Virus record (IMG/VR): IMGVR_UViG_2623620512_000004
Coordinates: 8,375 to 72,374 of that record
Source: a virus
Lineage: Duplodnaviria; Caudoviricetes
DNA length: 64,000 nucleotides
Strand: one strand, 5' to 3'
Under the pieces are notes generated by a model. The model ran no database searches and was not told the DNA's origin. It saw only the letters and a program-made list of their open reading frames with translations. Position numbers and translations under genes: made by a program. Shown piece after piece: positions 56,484 to 64,000 of this stretch (position 1 is its first letter; each line of letters starts with the position of its first letter).

Positions 56484-56993
56484 TTAGAACGGTAAGTCAT
56501 CGGCATCACCGTTAATCGGGTTTCCGTTCTCATCGACAGCAGGTGGGAAGGGCTGTTGTGCAGGTGCTCCAGATGCAGCCGTTTGAGCCGTGTTTTGGCC
56601 TTGCTGAGACGCTTGCTGTCCTTGGGTGGGCTGTTGTGAGGGTGCAGAGGCTTGGCCTCCTTGTGCGCCTTGATTTCCGTTATTCTGGAACAGTCTGATT
56701 TCATAACCAGTGATGTTCGTGAAGTAGCGGACATTACCATCCTTCTCACTCTTACGGCCAGATAGCACGAAATCTACCTGCACAAGGTCACCAACATTGA
56801 AGTTGTCGAGTTTCTGGGTGTTGTTCTGAACGAACTCCATGTTGACGTAGTTCTCTTTCTTCTGACCAGTATATCTGTCATAGGTTGAGGCATCCAGAAC
56901 AAGTTCACGCTTGATGAACTGGATTCCATTGTTTGTCGGCACTTGGTAGGTCTGACCTATCAATATGACCGTTCCTGTAATCGTATTTGCCAT
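56484..56993 (-). CDS. Single-stranded DNA-binding protein (DUF3127-like)
   Basis: KRELVL...GD.V.V.F.LSGR; Gln/Pro-rich linker; C-terminal DDLPF. Confidence 0.8.
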   Translation of the reverse strand: MANTITGTVILIGQTYQVPTNNGIQFIKRELVLDASTYDRYTGQKKENYVNMEFVQNNTQKLDNFNVGDLVQVDFVLSGRKSEKDGNVRYFTNITGYEIRLFQNNGNQGAQGGQASAPSQQPTQGQQASQQGQNTAQTAASGAPAQQPFPPAVDENGNPINGDADDLPF

Positions 56994-56994
56994 A

Positions 56995-57966
56995 TTATTT
57001 CTGGAGGTTAAAGGTGATACCAAGTGTATTCATGAACTCTTCTATCTTCTGGAACTGCTCATCAGTGGCGTTGATTTCATAGTACCTCGGATAGACAACA
57101 GGCTTCTGCTCCTGCACTGGAGCCTCGACCTCGACACCCATAGCGGCTGCGAAAGCATCCATAGCGTCTGCCTCTGCGTCATCGTTGCTGTTGGATGGTG
57201 CAGGGCTTTCCGTTTGAGCCTCTTGCTGTCCTGCAGGAGCCTCGCTTGTCTGCTCGGATGGAGTGTTGGCAGGGGTTTCCTTCTGAGCCTCCTGTGCTGC
57301 CTTTGCTGTGGCCTCTCTCTGGGCTTTCAGTTGGTTGGCATAGGCAACAGTCGCATTCAGATTCAAACTCTCCTTATAGCGGACTACCAGTACATCGTAG
57401 TCCTCTGCGAACGAACGGAGCGTTTCAAGATCCGTCTTGACGGTCTCGGTCTTTTCTGCTATCTCGGTACTGACGGCCTTCAGTGAGGTGGTCTTGTTCA
57501 GCCACTTGTCATTCCAGATGGTCTGGATGGAGAGGCCAAGAGCCTCGAACTCATGCACCTCTGGCAGTGCGAGGATGGAGTTACGCTTCTCGGTCTTTGA
57601 ACGTTCCTCATCCTCCTTGATGACGGAATCAATCTTCTTGACTGCTTCCTTGATGAGGTTGCACGTCTCAGTGACTACCTCCTTGAACTCTCCGAATGGA
57701 GCCATAAACTCCTTCTCGAAGGCGATACGCTTGTCATTCAAGGTTTTCTGAGCCTTGTTCAGAAGGGCCTTGTCTGCCTTGGCCTTGGCTACGTCATCTG
57801 TCGAATAGTTACTGATGTCGTACTTCGGCAGGGCCGACTTGACCAGTTCACGAATTTCCTTGGCATTGGTAGTGAGGCTACCAATGGTCTTTTCGCTCAC
57901 TACCAATTCTAATTGTTCTGCTTGAAGTTCCGCTACCGGAACGATATTCTTTTCTTCTTTGTTCAT
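56995..57966 (-). CDS. DUF1351-like protein
   Basis: AK.DKA.LNK....L.DKRI..EKEFM.PF.EF; WLNKT. Confidence 0.7.
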   Translation of the reverse strand: MNKEEKNIVPVAELQAEQLELVVSEKTIGSLTTNAKEIRELVKSALPKYDISNYSTDDVAKAKADKALLNKAQKTLNDKRIAFEKEFMAPFGEFKEVVTETCNLIKEAVKKIDSVIKEDEERSKTEKRNSILALPEVHEFEALGLSIQTIWNDKWLNKTTSLKAVSTEIAEKTETVKTDLETLRSFAEDYDVLVVRYKESLNLNATVAYANQLKAQREATAKAAQEAQKETPANTPSEQTSEAPAGQQEAQTESPAPSNSNDDAEADAMDAFAAAMGVEVEAPVQEQKPVVYPRYYEINATDEQFQKIEEFMNTLGITFNLQK

Positions 57967-58727
57967 ACTAATGCGAATACTTTCTTGTCTGTTATCAAAC
58001 TCTTATTATCCTGCAGGAATCTGATGAAGTCCTCACAGTGCTGCGTCAGCCTCGGAATGTCACGCTCTGGGACGTATGAGTAACTTTCCGTATAGGTCTG
58101 GTAGGAGTTGTTCTTTCCTAACTCGACCACGTTGTACTCGAAGTCCGGCACGTTGCATCCGTTCTGGTATAACGCATAGGGGTACACAAGGTGTTGCCAG
58201 TGGTTCTTGTAGTTTCCGACTGAGTAACTGCCTGTGGTTTTCAAGTCATGGGTGCAGAAGGGCAGCACGTAGTCGATGTAGCCGTACAGAAGGACATTGC
58301 CGTAGATGGTAGGCAACACGGCCTCAACAAACTGCTGTGCCAGTGCTCCCTTGTAGTAGTTAGCCACCTCTCGGCAAAGAGTGATGGAAAAGAAGAACGT
58401 CCGTTCGTTGTAGGTAACGTTCAGACCGACAACCTTTCCTTCATCATTCTTGATTTTCTGTACCTTAATCTTGTCTGAGTTCTCGCCCTTGACCATGCAG
58501 TCGATGACTTCATTGAATGCCGTTCCTCGGTCTGCCTTCTCGTTGTCGAAGGGGACACGGTTAATCTTATCAATCAACGCCTGGAACTGCGCCTCCCTAA
58601 ATTCCTCTGGAGAGTGGGGAGGGTTCTCGGAGAACGCCCAATAACGTTCCCAGATAATGTCGCTATCAATGAAATTCTGATATGCGTCAAGTAGTGTTGC
58701 GTAGAATTTAAACTGAATCTCTTTCAT
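57963..58727 (-). CDS. PD-(D/E)XK/Cas4-like exonuclease
   Basis: GTAFNE..D, YGYIDY...DLKTT...WQH.VYPY. Confidence 0.7.
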   Translation of the reverse strand: MKEIQFKFYATLLDAYQNFIDSDIIWERYWAFSENPPHSPEEFREAQFQALIDKINRVPFDNEKADRGTAFNEVIDCMVKGENSDKIKVQKIKNDEGKVVGLNVTYNERTFFFSITLCREVANYYKGALAQQFVEAVLPTIYGNVLLYGYIDYVLPFCTHDLKTTGSYSVGNYKNHWQHLVYPYALYQNGCNVPDFEYNVVELGKNNSYQTYTESYSYVPERDIPRLTQHCEDFIRFLQDNKSLITDKKVFALV

Positions 58728-59239
58728 GCAAATTCCCATTTAAAACCGAATGCTGATTTTCTTTTTCCGTTACAGCACTCGTTAATTCTTGAATTTCTGA
58801 AACCTAAAATTCTTTCTACTTCTGCTGCTGATTTGAACTCTGCCAGAATCTCTCCATCCATAGAAATCTGTAGTACGCCTTTGGAGATTTTTTCGACTTG
58901 CCTCTTTACTTTGGTGCCATAATTACAGTTGTATTTCGTTGAACACCATTCAAGATTTTCGACCTTATTATCACTCTTTATCTCGTTCTTATGATTCACT
59001 TCTGGAAGATTCTCTGGGTTTGGCAGGAACGCTGATGCTACAAGCCTGTGGATGGCAAAATTCTGGCCCTTTCCGTCTTTATTCAGTCGGATGCGAGAAT
59101 AACCATTCCTGTTGATGGGTGACATTATCTTTCCTTTGACAATAACCACCCTGTCAAGGCTGCGGATTCTACCAAGGTTTGACACTTGGTAGAGTCCTTC
59201 GTAGCCTTCTACGTCTTTCCAAATCTCTTTAGGCTGCAT
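58724..59239 (-). CDS. NUMOD4-HNH homing endonuclease
   Basis: EIWKDVEGYEGLYQVSNLGRIRS, IHRLVA.AF, VNHKNE.K.DN.VENLEWC. Confidence 0.9.
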   Translation of the reverse strand: MQPKEIWKDVEGYEGLYQVSNLGRIRSLDRVVIVKGKIMSPINRNGYSRIRLNKDGKGQNFAIHRLVASAFLPNPENLPEVNHKNEIKSDNKVENLEWCSTKYNCNYGTKVKRQVEKISKGVLQISMDGEILAEFKSAAEVERILGFRNSRINECCNGKRKSAFGFKWEFA

Positions 59240-60173
59240 CCTCGTACTTCTTGGTTTCCTTGTTGTACTTGACCTTCAGATTCTTCATCTTGGCAGAGAA
59301 CAGGTCTCTTGCATACAGGATGACGGAGTTTCCAAGATTCTTGTAGTCATTGATATGCTCGATGAAGTGGTTCGCTCCCTGTGCATCGGTAATCAACTCC
59401 ACTGCCTCCTTAATCTCGGCCAGAGCCTTGTTGTACTCGGCCTGCGCATTCTCCTTGACCTGTATCATGTTCTGGTACTTGTCAATGATACGCTTCTGGA
59501 TGAAGTCGTTCGGGGCTGTCGGCTGTCCGTTCTGGTCGAGGATATTGTTTATCCACATGACACCGTCCAACTGGCAGGTGTTCTTGCCATCGTTGCGACT
59601 GGTGGGGTCGAAGGTGATGGAACGCTTCTGCACTCCATTCTCGTTCTTCATTTCCAGATAGCCCAGAAGGTCAAGTTCCGTGACGATGGCGTTGTACGAC
59701 TTCTCACGGAGGGCAGGAACGAATACGGTATCATCACCTTCCTTACGTGTGTCACGGTGGGCAACGAAGATGAGGTGCTTGCCGAGTTCTGACAGGGCGT
59801 TGACAAACCACTTGAAGTCAGAGTTAATCATTCCCCAATCCTGTACTCTGGGGTTACGGCCTCCACATCGGTAGGCGATAATGAAGTCCATCATCTTGCC
59901 GATGGTGTCAACCACGATGGTCTCGAACGGTGCCAGATCTGCTTTCTCCGTAGTCAGAAGGGTTACAACCTCCTGCCAGTTGGTAATCTGGACGATGCCG
60001 ACCTCTCCGAGGTGAGAGTTATTCACACGCTTGACACCGTTATCGAAGTCAAGCAACAGCGGTTTCGGAGCCGACAGTGCGAGGGTGGTCTTACCCATAC
60101 CTGCCTGTCCGTAAACCATCATCTTCACATTACGCTGAATAGCGATTTCGTTACTTTTCTTAATCAATCCCAT
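59229..60173 (-). CDS. Sak4-like AAA recombinase/annealase
   Basis: YGQAGMGKTT, LLLDFDNG, TIVVDT, FVAH. Confidence 0.8.
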   Translation of the reverse strand: MGLIKKSNEIAIQRNVKMMVYGQAGMGKTTLALSAPKPLLLDFDNGVKRVNNSHLGEVGIVQITNWQEVVTLLTTEKADLAPFETIVVDTIGKMMDFIIAYRCGGRNPRVQDWGMINSDFKWFVNALSELGKHLIFVAHRDTRKEGDDTVFVPALREKSYNAIVTELDLLGYLEMKNENGVQKRSITFDPTSRNDGKNTCQLDGVMWINNILDQNGQPTAPNDFIQKRIIDKYQNMIQVKENAQAEYNKALAEIKEAVELITDAQGANHFIEHINDYKNLGNSVILYARDLFSAKMKNLKVKYNKETKKYEDAA

Positions 60174-60206
60174 TGCTCTTAGTGCTTTAAATTGTTGAAC
60201 ATAAAA

Positions 60207-60758
60207 TTAACTGAATAAATGATTCTTATTCGCATACTGGATAAACTCGGACTTCTCATGGATGCCGAGTTTGCAATACACCGACTTGATATGGTTCTTG
60301 ACGGTGTTTGGCGAGAGGTAGAGCCGTTCGGCAATATCTTCCTTACTGGCTCCTTCGTACACAAGCTGCATCACTCGGAGTTCAGCCTGCGACAGCTTCG
60401 TATTAAACTTCGGCATACAGATAAGCCCATCGAACTTGCATTCTCCACGCAGAGGACAGTCAACCTTCTCGAAGTTGAACTCTCCAGAGACTTCCACGTC
60501 AAGTTTCGTTGGGTCCAGTTTGCCAAAGTTGCACTTACAGAACCTACGAACCATTAGGAACTGGTAGCGAGGCACGTAGAAGGCTACATTCTTGTATTCT
60601 TTCTCCAGAGCCTTGTAAGCCTCTGGGTAGTGCTCCCGAATCCGCTCCAACAAATACTGAATCAGTTCAGTGCTCTGCTCGGTCACAACCTCGTTGCGGC
60701 CATCGGCATACTTGCACCATAACTCATTCTCGTAGATGTAGAACTCTAACTTTTCCAT
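60207..60758 (-). CDS. LuxR-type HTH transcriptional regulator
   Basis: LSQAELRV..L...G....IAERLYLSPNTVKNH...Y.KLG; N-terminal RFCKCNFG and CPLRGEC. Confidence 0.85.
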   Translation of the reverse strand: MEKLEFYIYENELWCKYADGRNEVVTEQSTELIQYLLERIREHYPEAYKALEKEYKNVAFYVPRYQFLMVRRFCKCNFGKLDPTKLDVEVSGEFNFEKVDCPLRGECKFDGLICMPKFNTKLSQAELRVMQLVYEGASKEDIAERLYLSPNTVKNHIKSVYCKLGIHEKSEFIQYANKNHLFS

Positions 60759-60985
60759 AGGTCATCTGCATTGATACCTGTCATTTCTGACAACTTGCGG
60801 ACATTCTCTTCCTTGTCCGGCCGTGTTACACCCATCACCCAATTTCTGGCTGTGGTGAACGATACTCCGCACTCGCTCATGATGCGAGTAATGAACTCTG
60901 TCTTAGGATGCGAGGCATCTGGCAGGTTCAGATAATAGCCCTTAAGGGTCATTTTCTGCGGTTTTCTTTCATTTTTGTTTGCCAT
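60746..60985 (-). CDS. Cro-like HTH protein
   Basis: CGVSFTTARNWVMG..P; divergent from the repressor. Confidence 0.7.
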   Translation of the reverse strand: MANKNERKPQKMTLKGYYLNLPDASHPKTEFITRIMSECGVSFTTARNWVMGVTRPDKEENVRKLSEMTGINADDLWKS

Positions 60986-61070
60986 TCAAATAACTTTTTG
61001 TACTTTTGCACTGTTATATTAAATATGATGGTGCAAAGGTAAACAATTATTTCTGAATAACTGTACAGAA
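60976..61070. promoter_or_regulatory. Immunity switch with face-to-face promoters
   Basis: + strand TTTG(60978)-19 nt-TACTTTTG(61001); - strand TACCTTTG at 61034-61041. Confidence 0.6.
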
Positions 61071-61108
61071 AATAAGAAAATTATCGGCACGTTACAGATT
61101 TTTAACGT

Positions 61109-61507
61109 ATGAACGCAAAAGAACGAATCAATGCCATCCTCTCGCATGAGGGAATAACGGCAGCACAACTTGGAGAGCAAATCGGGGACAGGAGGCCGCA
61201 AGCCATTTATGACATCCTCAGTGAGAAAACGAAAAGTATCTCAAAGACGATGGCTGCGAAGATTCAGTCTGCGAAGCCCTACTACCGTCTGGAGTGGCTT
61301 ATCTCTGGAGAGGGGCCAATGCTCGATGACGATGCTCCTGCACCAGTTGTCAATGACAAGAATCTGATACCGCAACTTCTGGATCGTATTGACAAACTCA
61401 TTGCCATCCACGAACAGGATGCCAGGAACTTAGACAGGCTCCTGACGCTCATGACTGAGAGTGGAGTGTTTGAAAGGACACCCAAGAAGCGCACATCTTC
61501 TATGTAA
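61109..61507 (+). CDS. CI-like repressor (HTH, no evident S24 peptidase domain)
   Basis: ERI..IL...GIT..QL...IG...QAIYDI...WLISGEG.ML. Confidence 0.75.
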   Translation: MNAKERINAILSHEGITAAQLGEQIGDRRPQAIYDILSEKTKSISKTMAAKIQSAKPYYRLEWLISGEGPMLDDDAPAPVVNDKNLIPQLLDRIDKLIAIHEQDARNLDRLLTLMTESGVFERTPKKRTSSM

Positions 61508-61526
61508 ACGGTAAATACTATATACT

Positions 61527-61808
61527 ATGATTATCAAGATTTCTCCAGAAGGTGTAGCGATAACCAAGCGTTTCTTCCTTGCCATTGACACGCTCCAGAT
61601 GCAACGGAAAATCCGAGGCATGAAAACCGTAACTGACAGGTACGGCATCAACTACTGGAATTTCAGCACCCTTCGCAACGAGCCAGAGAAACGCTTCCTC
61701 AAACCGGAATGGCTGTCCTTCTTGGTACGTGACTATAACGTATCTGCTGAATGGCTGTTGTGTGGGGTCGGCCAGATGTTCAGTGATTCTGTCATAGATT
61801 CGATATGA
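61527..61808 (+). CDS. HTH DNA-binding protein
   Basis: RFF.AI..L...YGI...L+PEWL..LV.DYNVSAEWLL.GVG.M. Confidence 0.7.
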   Translation: MIIKISPEGVAITKRFFLAIDTLQMQRKIRGMKTVTDRYGINYWNFSTLRNEPEKRFLKPEWLSFLVRDYNVSAEWLLCGVGQMFSDSVIDSI

Positions 61809-61834
61809 GACGTTTTTTATCCTTATAAGTATAG

Positions 61835-62236
61835 ATGTATATGAAGAGAGTTTTTACAATCATGGTGGCCGCTATTTGCCTTGCATCCTGTGGCGGTGAT
61901 GGTGACGATGCGCCAAACCCTGCAGAACAGAAAGCGGCCTACAACAGGCAGGCCATTATCGGGAAGTGGGTCAACAGGTATTCCGCTCCAGAGGGAACAA
62001 ACGACTTCAAGGAGGTTGCAGACCACGACACCTTGCAGTTCTTCACAGATGGCACATACAGATGGGCCTATGAGAAATCCGCTATCTCTGGAACAGGCAA
62101 CTACTCCGTTGACGATACCTATCTGAAAACTGGAACGATGGTGTATGACATTTCATTCGGGGACGGCTTCATGCAACTAAATGAGAATGGCTTCGGCTCT
62201 TACGATAAGGCCTACAGGTACTATCGCAACGAGTAG
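61835..62236 (+). CDS. Lipocalin-like lipoprotein (moron)
   Basis: Lipobox LASC; IIGKW...LQF.TDGTY...GTGNYSV. Confidence 0.75.
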   Translation: MYMKRVFTIMVAAICLASCGGDGDDAPNPAEQKAAYNRQAIIGKWVNRYSAPEGTNDFKEVADHDTLQFFTDGTYRWAYEKSAISGTGNYSVDDTYLKTGTMVYDISFGDGFMQLNENGFGSYDKAYRYYRNE

Positions 62237-62336
62237 TCTTTTTCGCGCACGCGCACGTATATCTTTGTTTTGTTTGGGTGTAGTTATGACTGAAAGGAAT
62301 AACTATACCCTATATAATATATATATTCTTTAGATG

Positions 62337-62442
62337 TGGACAGTTGCTGGACGTTTGCTGGACGCTTTTCGGACGGCAATCTTCTGTAGTGCCTTTATTT
62401 AGTGGGGTTGAGGCTTGGACGTTTGTTGGACGCTTTTCGGGA
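62337..62442. repeat. Second iteron-like array
   Basis: (T/C)GGAC units with 11-nt period at 62337, 62348, 62359, 62370 and at 62416, 62427; next to an AT-only tract. Confidence 0.65.
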
Positions 62443-62445
62443 AAG

Positions 62446-62479
62446 AAAAAACGCTCACTACCTTCACAGGCAATGAGCG
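62446..62479 (-). terminator. Rho-independent terminator
   Basis: CGCTCATTGCCT-GTGA-AGGTAGTGAGCG followed by TTTTTT on the - strand. Confidence 0.75.
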
Positions 62480-62499
62480 AACAAATGGCTTAAAAGATT

Positions 62500-62700
62500 C
62501 TACACCGAAGCCCTCCAGAACTTCATGATGTCAAGTCCTGTATAGAACTTTCGGAGGCTCTGCGGTCTGTACCCGCATTTTATCAGCCCAGACTTGGTGT
62601 ATCTGCCGAGCGTCTTTCTGTCTATGCAGAGGATGGCGCAAGTCTGGCCTATACTGTAGCGACTGGATGCAGTCACCTTGGGTTCGTCAGACGTTATCAT
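62500..62700 (-). CDS. MerR/excisionase-like HTH protein
   Basis: RYSI.QTC.IL.I.RKTL.RY...G.I...KFY.G.DI. Confidence 0.7.
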   Translation of the reverse strand: MITSDEPKVTASSRYSIGQTCAILCIDRKTLGRYTKSGLIKCGYRPQSLRKFYTGLDIMKFWRASV

Positions 62701-62939
62701 ACTTGAACTCCTTTCTCTGTAAGTCTTTTCAGTTCCTCCTTCAGTGCCACAAGTTCCCGATGGTACTTTGATGACATTGAGGCTGCGGCCAGATACATTC
62801 GCTTATACTTCTCGACATTGAGGCGAAGGATTTTGTTATCCTCGATGGCCTTGTCAGTCATGGCCTTCTCTGGCGTGGCATAGCGTCCCTTTCTGTCCCT
62901 ATAGACAAATGCAGGGTCTTTGGCGAACATATCTTCCAT
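62697..62939 (-). CDS. Hypothetical protein
   Basis: RDRKGRYAT motif; ATGA-coupled. Confidence 0.55.
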   Translation of the reverse strand: MEDMFAKDPAFVYRDRKGRYATPEKAMTDKAIEDNKILRLNVEKYKRMYLAAASMSSKYHRELVALKEELKRLTEKGVQV

Positions 62940-62942
62940 AAC

Positions 62943-63218
62943 TCACAGTATTACGTTAGCATCGTTTCTGAACAGCGGTGTGGCATTAGAGTATTCTACA
63001 GAGAAGTTCTTGCCCTTCAGACTGGGGCGTTTCTCAACCACGAAGTCATTGACTTGCTTCTTGGTGACAGGGAACAGCGGACAGTACGGCATCTGTATCT
63101 GGCAAATGAAACTGCCCTTTATCATTACGTCAAGAATCAGCTTCTTGGTTTCTAATACTGGCTTGTTCATAGTCAACGGTCTTTTTCGGTATATTCTGTA
63201 GTCACGACAACTGCACAC
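62943..63218 (-). CDS. Hypothetical protein (start probably MNKPVL)
   Basis: LDVMI.G.FICQ...FV.EKRPSLK. Confidence 0.55.
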   Translation of the reverse strand: MCSCRDYRIYRKRPLTMNKPVLETKKLILDVMIKGSFICQIQMPYCPLFPVTKKQVNDFVVEKRPSLKGKNFSVEYSNATPLFRNDANVIL

Positions 63219-64000
63219 ATGGAATGGTCCTTGTTCCAGATCTTCTCCTTAATCTTGATGTAGTACACCTTCTGGGGGTCGAACTGGATATTGAGATACC
63301 TCGACAGGTACGTTATGACATTCTTGTGCTGAATAGAGTAGAGTTCAGAGGAATACTTTCGTACATTGAAGTCACCATTCTTGCTGAATACGAATACCAT
63401 ATTGTTCGTGTTCTTGTCAACCTGCATATTCATCATCATCAGACCGTCTCGGACAATCTGGTAGGCGATATGGTTGCTCAGAAGAACAACATTGCCAGAA
63501 TGGGTACATACTCGTATTTCAAGAGGCTTGGGTGCTTCCATCGTCCGCTTTCCTGTGGGATTGATGGGAACAAGATTCAAGCCAGACCAGTCATGAGAAA
63601 CGAAGTCCTTTGGAGCCTCAGCCTCTTCATTGATAATCTCTTCATCGGCATCAGCCTCTTCCTTGGGCTTGATGACATTGCCGTTGGCATCCTTGACCGG
63701 AATACGAGGAATGACAATCTCATCCCTGTAGTAGCCAAGGCCTGCCTGCTTCCTCATGTACTTTATCCACATCTTATTGAGGTCTTTCCAGAACTGGCTA
63801 TCGTATGGACCAGTGACCTTGATGTGCTCGAAGTCGAAGGCTTCCGAGATAACGAAGAAGGCATCACACTCTGTTAGGTACTGCTCCAAATCCTCTGGGT
63901 TGGCTTGGAAACGGTGGGTACGGTACAGGCCTGCGAAAATCTTTTCAAGACCACGATACTGAAGGAACTGCTTGAACAGCTTGACATTTTTCTCTTTCAT
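63173..64000 (-). CDS. Hypothetical protein
   Basis: 275-aa ORF starting at the window edge. Confidence 0.6.
   Translation of the reverse strand: MKEKNVKLFKQFLQYRGLEKIFAGLYRTHRFQANPEDLEQYLTECDAFFVISEAFDFEHIKVTGPYDSQFWKDLNKMWIKYMRKQAGLGYYRDEIVIPRIPVKDANGNVIKPKEEADADEEIINEEAEAPKDFVSHDWSGLNLVPINPTGKRTMEAPKPLEIRVCTHSGNVVLLSNHIAYQIVRDGLMMMNMQVDKNTNNMVFVFSKNGDFNVRKYSSELYSIQHKNVITYLSRYLNIQFDPQKVYYIKIKEKIWNKDHSMCAVVVTTEYTEKDR

Overview
This window is an internal 64-kb segment of a temperate, long-tailed (siphovirus-like) phage or prophage. The host is probably a Bacteroidales bacterium, judged from the TTTG...TAnnTTTG promoters and the Bacteroidetes-phage protein families. Almost all genes lie on the - strand. 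From right to left the modules are: an immunity switch (about 60.7-62.2 kb); recombination, replication and methylase genes (49-60 kb); islands of small early genes, each behind a repeated promoter block; a sugar/base-modification cluster next to the terminase (36-43 kb); portal, MuF-toxin, capsid and tail genes with an atypical fMet-like tRNA (4.4-30.5 kb); and a diversity-generating retroelement (DGR) in the tail-fibre region (1.2-4.4 kb). No integrase or lysis genes are visible here. The main findings are four. (1) A predicted ~70-nt sRNA at about 35499-35570 has a single exposed seed that is the exact complement of the AGAGCA-ATG motif at the start of 19 early and replication genes. (2) The DGR template also matches a second, non-structural target gene about 44 kb away. 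(3) A Dam-family methylase is frameshifted at a G10 tract. (4) A UDP-galactopyranose mutase/glycosyltransferase/ParB operon sits beside the terminase. All product calls come from motif recognition by eye; no database searches were run.
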